From: Octopus sinensis
Taxonomy: Eukaryota
NCBI RefSeq assembly: GCF_006345805.1
Contig: NC_042999.1
Span: forward strand, 135,222,001 to 135,286,000
Direction of reading: 5' to 3'
DNA length: 64,000 nt
The position numbers and the translations under genes are program-made. Below the pieces are notes generated by a model. The model was not told the DNA's origin. It did not search any database and worked only from the letters and a program-made list of their open reading frames with translations. Positions 62,305 through 64,000 of this stretch are shown here, in pieces (the stretch's first letter is position 1; the number at the start of each line of letters is the position of its first letter).

Positions 62305-62520
62305 TTAAGGCAGTGAACTGGCAGAATCATTAGTATGCTGGGTAAAATGCTTAGTAGCATTTCATCTGTCTATGTTCTGAGTTCAGATTTTACTATGGTC
62401 AACTTTACCTTCCATCTTTTCAAAATTGATAAAAAATGTACCAGTCAAGTACCAAGGTAGATATAATTAACTGCTCCTCTCCTGTCAAAAACTTCTAGCC
62501 TAGTGTCTAAATCAGAAACC
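62305..62520 (+). mobile_element. Family-A SINE
   Basis: aaggcagtgaactggcagaatc...ctgagttcagatt...aaaaatgtaccag. Confidence 0.7.
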
Positions 62521-62521
62521 G

Positions 62522-62585
<64 letters not shown>

Positions 62586-62592
62586 ATACACA

Positions 62593-63529
62593 ATGGGTCA
62601 TCCCATAAACAAAGTGGTTTTTCCAATTGCATGAACTAAAAGTCGGAAGGGAACTACTTGCATCAACTTGCTATAACAGCAGGTAGTAATTTTACCTTGT
62701 CCTTATTCTTAGTACAAGTTTTGAAGAGTGCAGTTTGATTTGAACTGTTATTGTTTCAAAGTTATAACCGAAGTGATAATGGAGCATATTCAGCATATTT
62801 TGCATTATGGGTTCAATAATGTGTGCCCTTCTTTGCTGTCATATCTCATGAACGAACCTTCTTTGGACCAAATAGTGACTGGTGACGAGAAAAGGGCTCT
62901 TTATAAAAATGTCAAGCAGTGAAGACAGTGGGTAGAGAGAGGAAAAACCAGGCACCCAAGGCTAAAGAAGGTCTTCACCCATGTAAGGTGTTGTTATGTG
63001 TTTGGTGGGATATAAAAGGTTTAGTCCACTTTGAACTTTTAAACCTAAACCAAACGATAACAAGAGAGATCTACTGTGAGTAGCTTGAGTGCTTAAGTCA
63101 ATGCTAGAAGGAAAATGACCATCTTTGGTTTCAAGACGAAAGGTGTTCTTCCATCAGGATAATGCTTGGCCACATACAGCGAGGACGGCATTTGAAAGGC
63201 TGGAGCAGTTTGAATGGGAAATGATGTCCTACCCACCATATTTGCTGGACATTGTCCCACCTGATTATCATTTATTCTGCAGTCTTCAAAATCATTTGGA
63301 CAGAAAAAATATCAATTCTGTAAACAAGGTTCAAGCAGTACTGGAGGAGTGTTTTTCATCAAAGACAAGTGAATTTTGGAACAGGGACCTTGCAAGTCTT
63401 CCAGATAGATGGACAAACATTGTAGAAAAGGAAGGAGAATGTACTTTAGATTAAAAAAGAACTTTGTTTATCTTAATTCTGAAAAATAGAAGTATATAAA
63501 AAAAAAAACACATTTGTGGGATGACCCAA
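62593..63529 (+). mobile_element. Internally deleted mariner with TIRs
   Basis: atgggtcatcccataaac ... gtgggatgacccaa|TA. Motifs MEHIQHILHY, LDQIVTGDEK, VLLCVWWDIKGLVHFELL, FFHQDNAWPH, PPYLLDIVPPDYHLFCSLQNHL. Confidence 0.88.
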
Positions 63530-63879
63530 TATATTTATTGAGCTAGTAGAAATATCAAAACATTGGAAAAAATTTCTTGTATTGTAGCATTTATTTTAGC
63601 TCTTTATATTCAAATGCGACTAAAATCAACTTTAATCTTTCACTCCACAAGTCAATAAGTTCTAGGCAAGTATAGGAGTTGATTGTATTGACTAACTTCT
63701 TCCCCTCAAAATTGCTAGCCATGTACCTTTATTATTAGATAAAAAGACTAATATCCCTTTTTTTTTTTCCCATATCACAATGTAAAATGTTTTGTAAGTT
63801 TCCTTATAATATTCTTATCTGCTGCTCTTACTGCAATAAAAGGATTATTATTATTATTATTACTATTATTATTATTATT

Positions 63880-64000
63880 AAGGTGGTGAGCTGGAAGAAT
63901 TGCTAGCATGCTTAGTGGCATTTTGTCCATCTTCAAATTTTGTCACGGTCGACTGTCTTTCATCCACTTGGAGTCGATAAAATAAGTAACAGCTCAGCAC
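63880..64000 (+). mobile_element. Family-A SINE, running off the window
   Basis: aaggtggtgagctggaagaattg...gagtcgataaaataagtaacag after (TAT)n. Confidence 0.6.

Overview
AT-rich, intron-rich animal DNA. The repeat families look like octopus/coleoid cephalopod, which is an inference from pattern recognition only. Three protein-coding genes are supported by phase-consistent GT-AG exons. (1) The last three exons of cactin (+, 2842-5651). (2) A GT31 beta-1,3-galactosyltransferase (-), with a large terminal exon at 7663-8612 and a probable 31-nt first coding exon at 20775-20805, about 12 kb upstream. (3) Synaptogyrin (-), with coding exons 2-4 at 45505-45724, 42610-42752 and 37615-37809; exon 1 was not found and probably lies beyond the window. 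The rest is mostly decayed mobile DNA: tRNA-headed SINEs, CR1- and RTE-type LINEs, a Penelope-like element, mariner/Tc1 remnants, Helitron/Helentron-like elements, MITEs, LTR debris and long (TA)n arrays. The most interesting signals are five minimal hammerhead-ribozyme motifs (one inside a tRNA-headed SINE-like element, two with a compensatory U3-A8 core), a LINE and a SINE sharing a 3' tail, a perfect 85-bp palindrome in the presumed synaptogyrin intron, and a head-to-tail Helitron-like dimer. All alignments and folds were done by eye, and TE boundaries are approximate unless terminal repeats are quoted.
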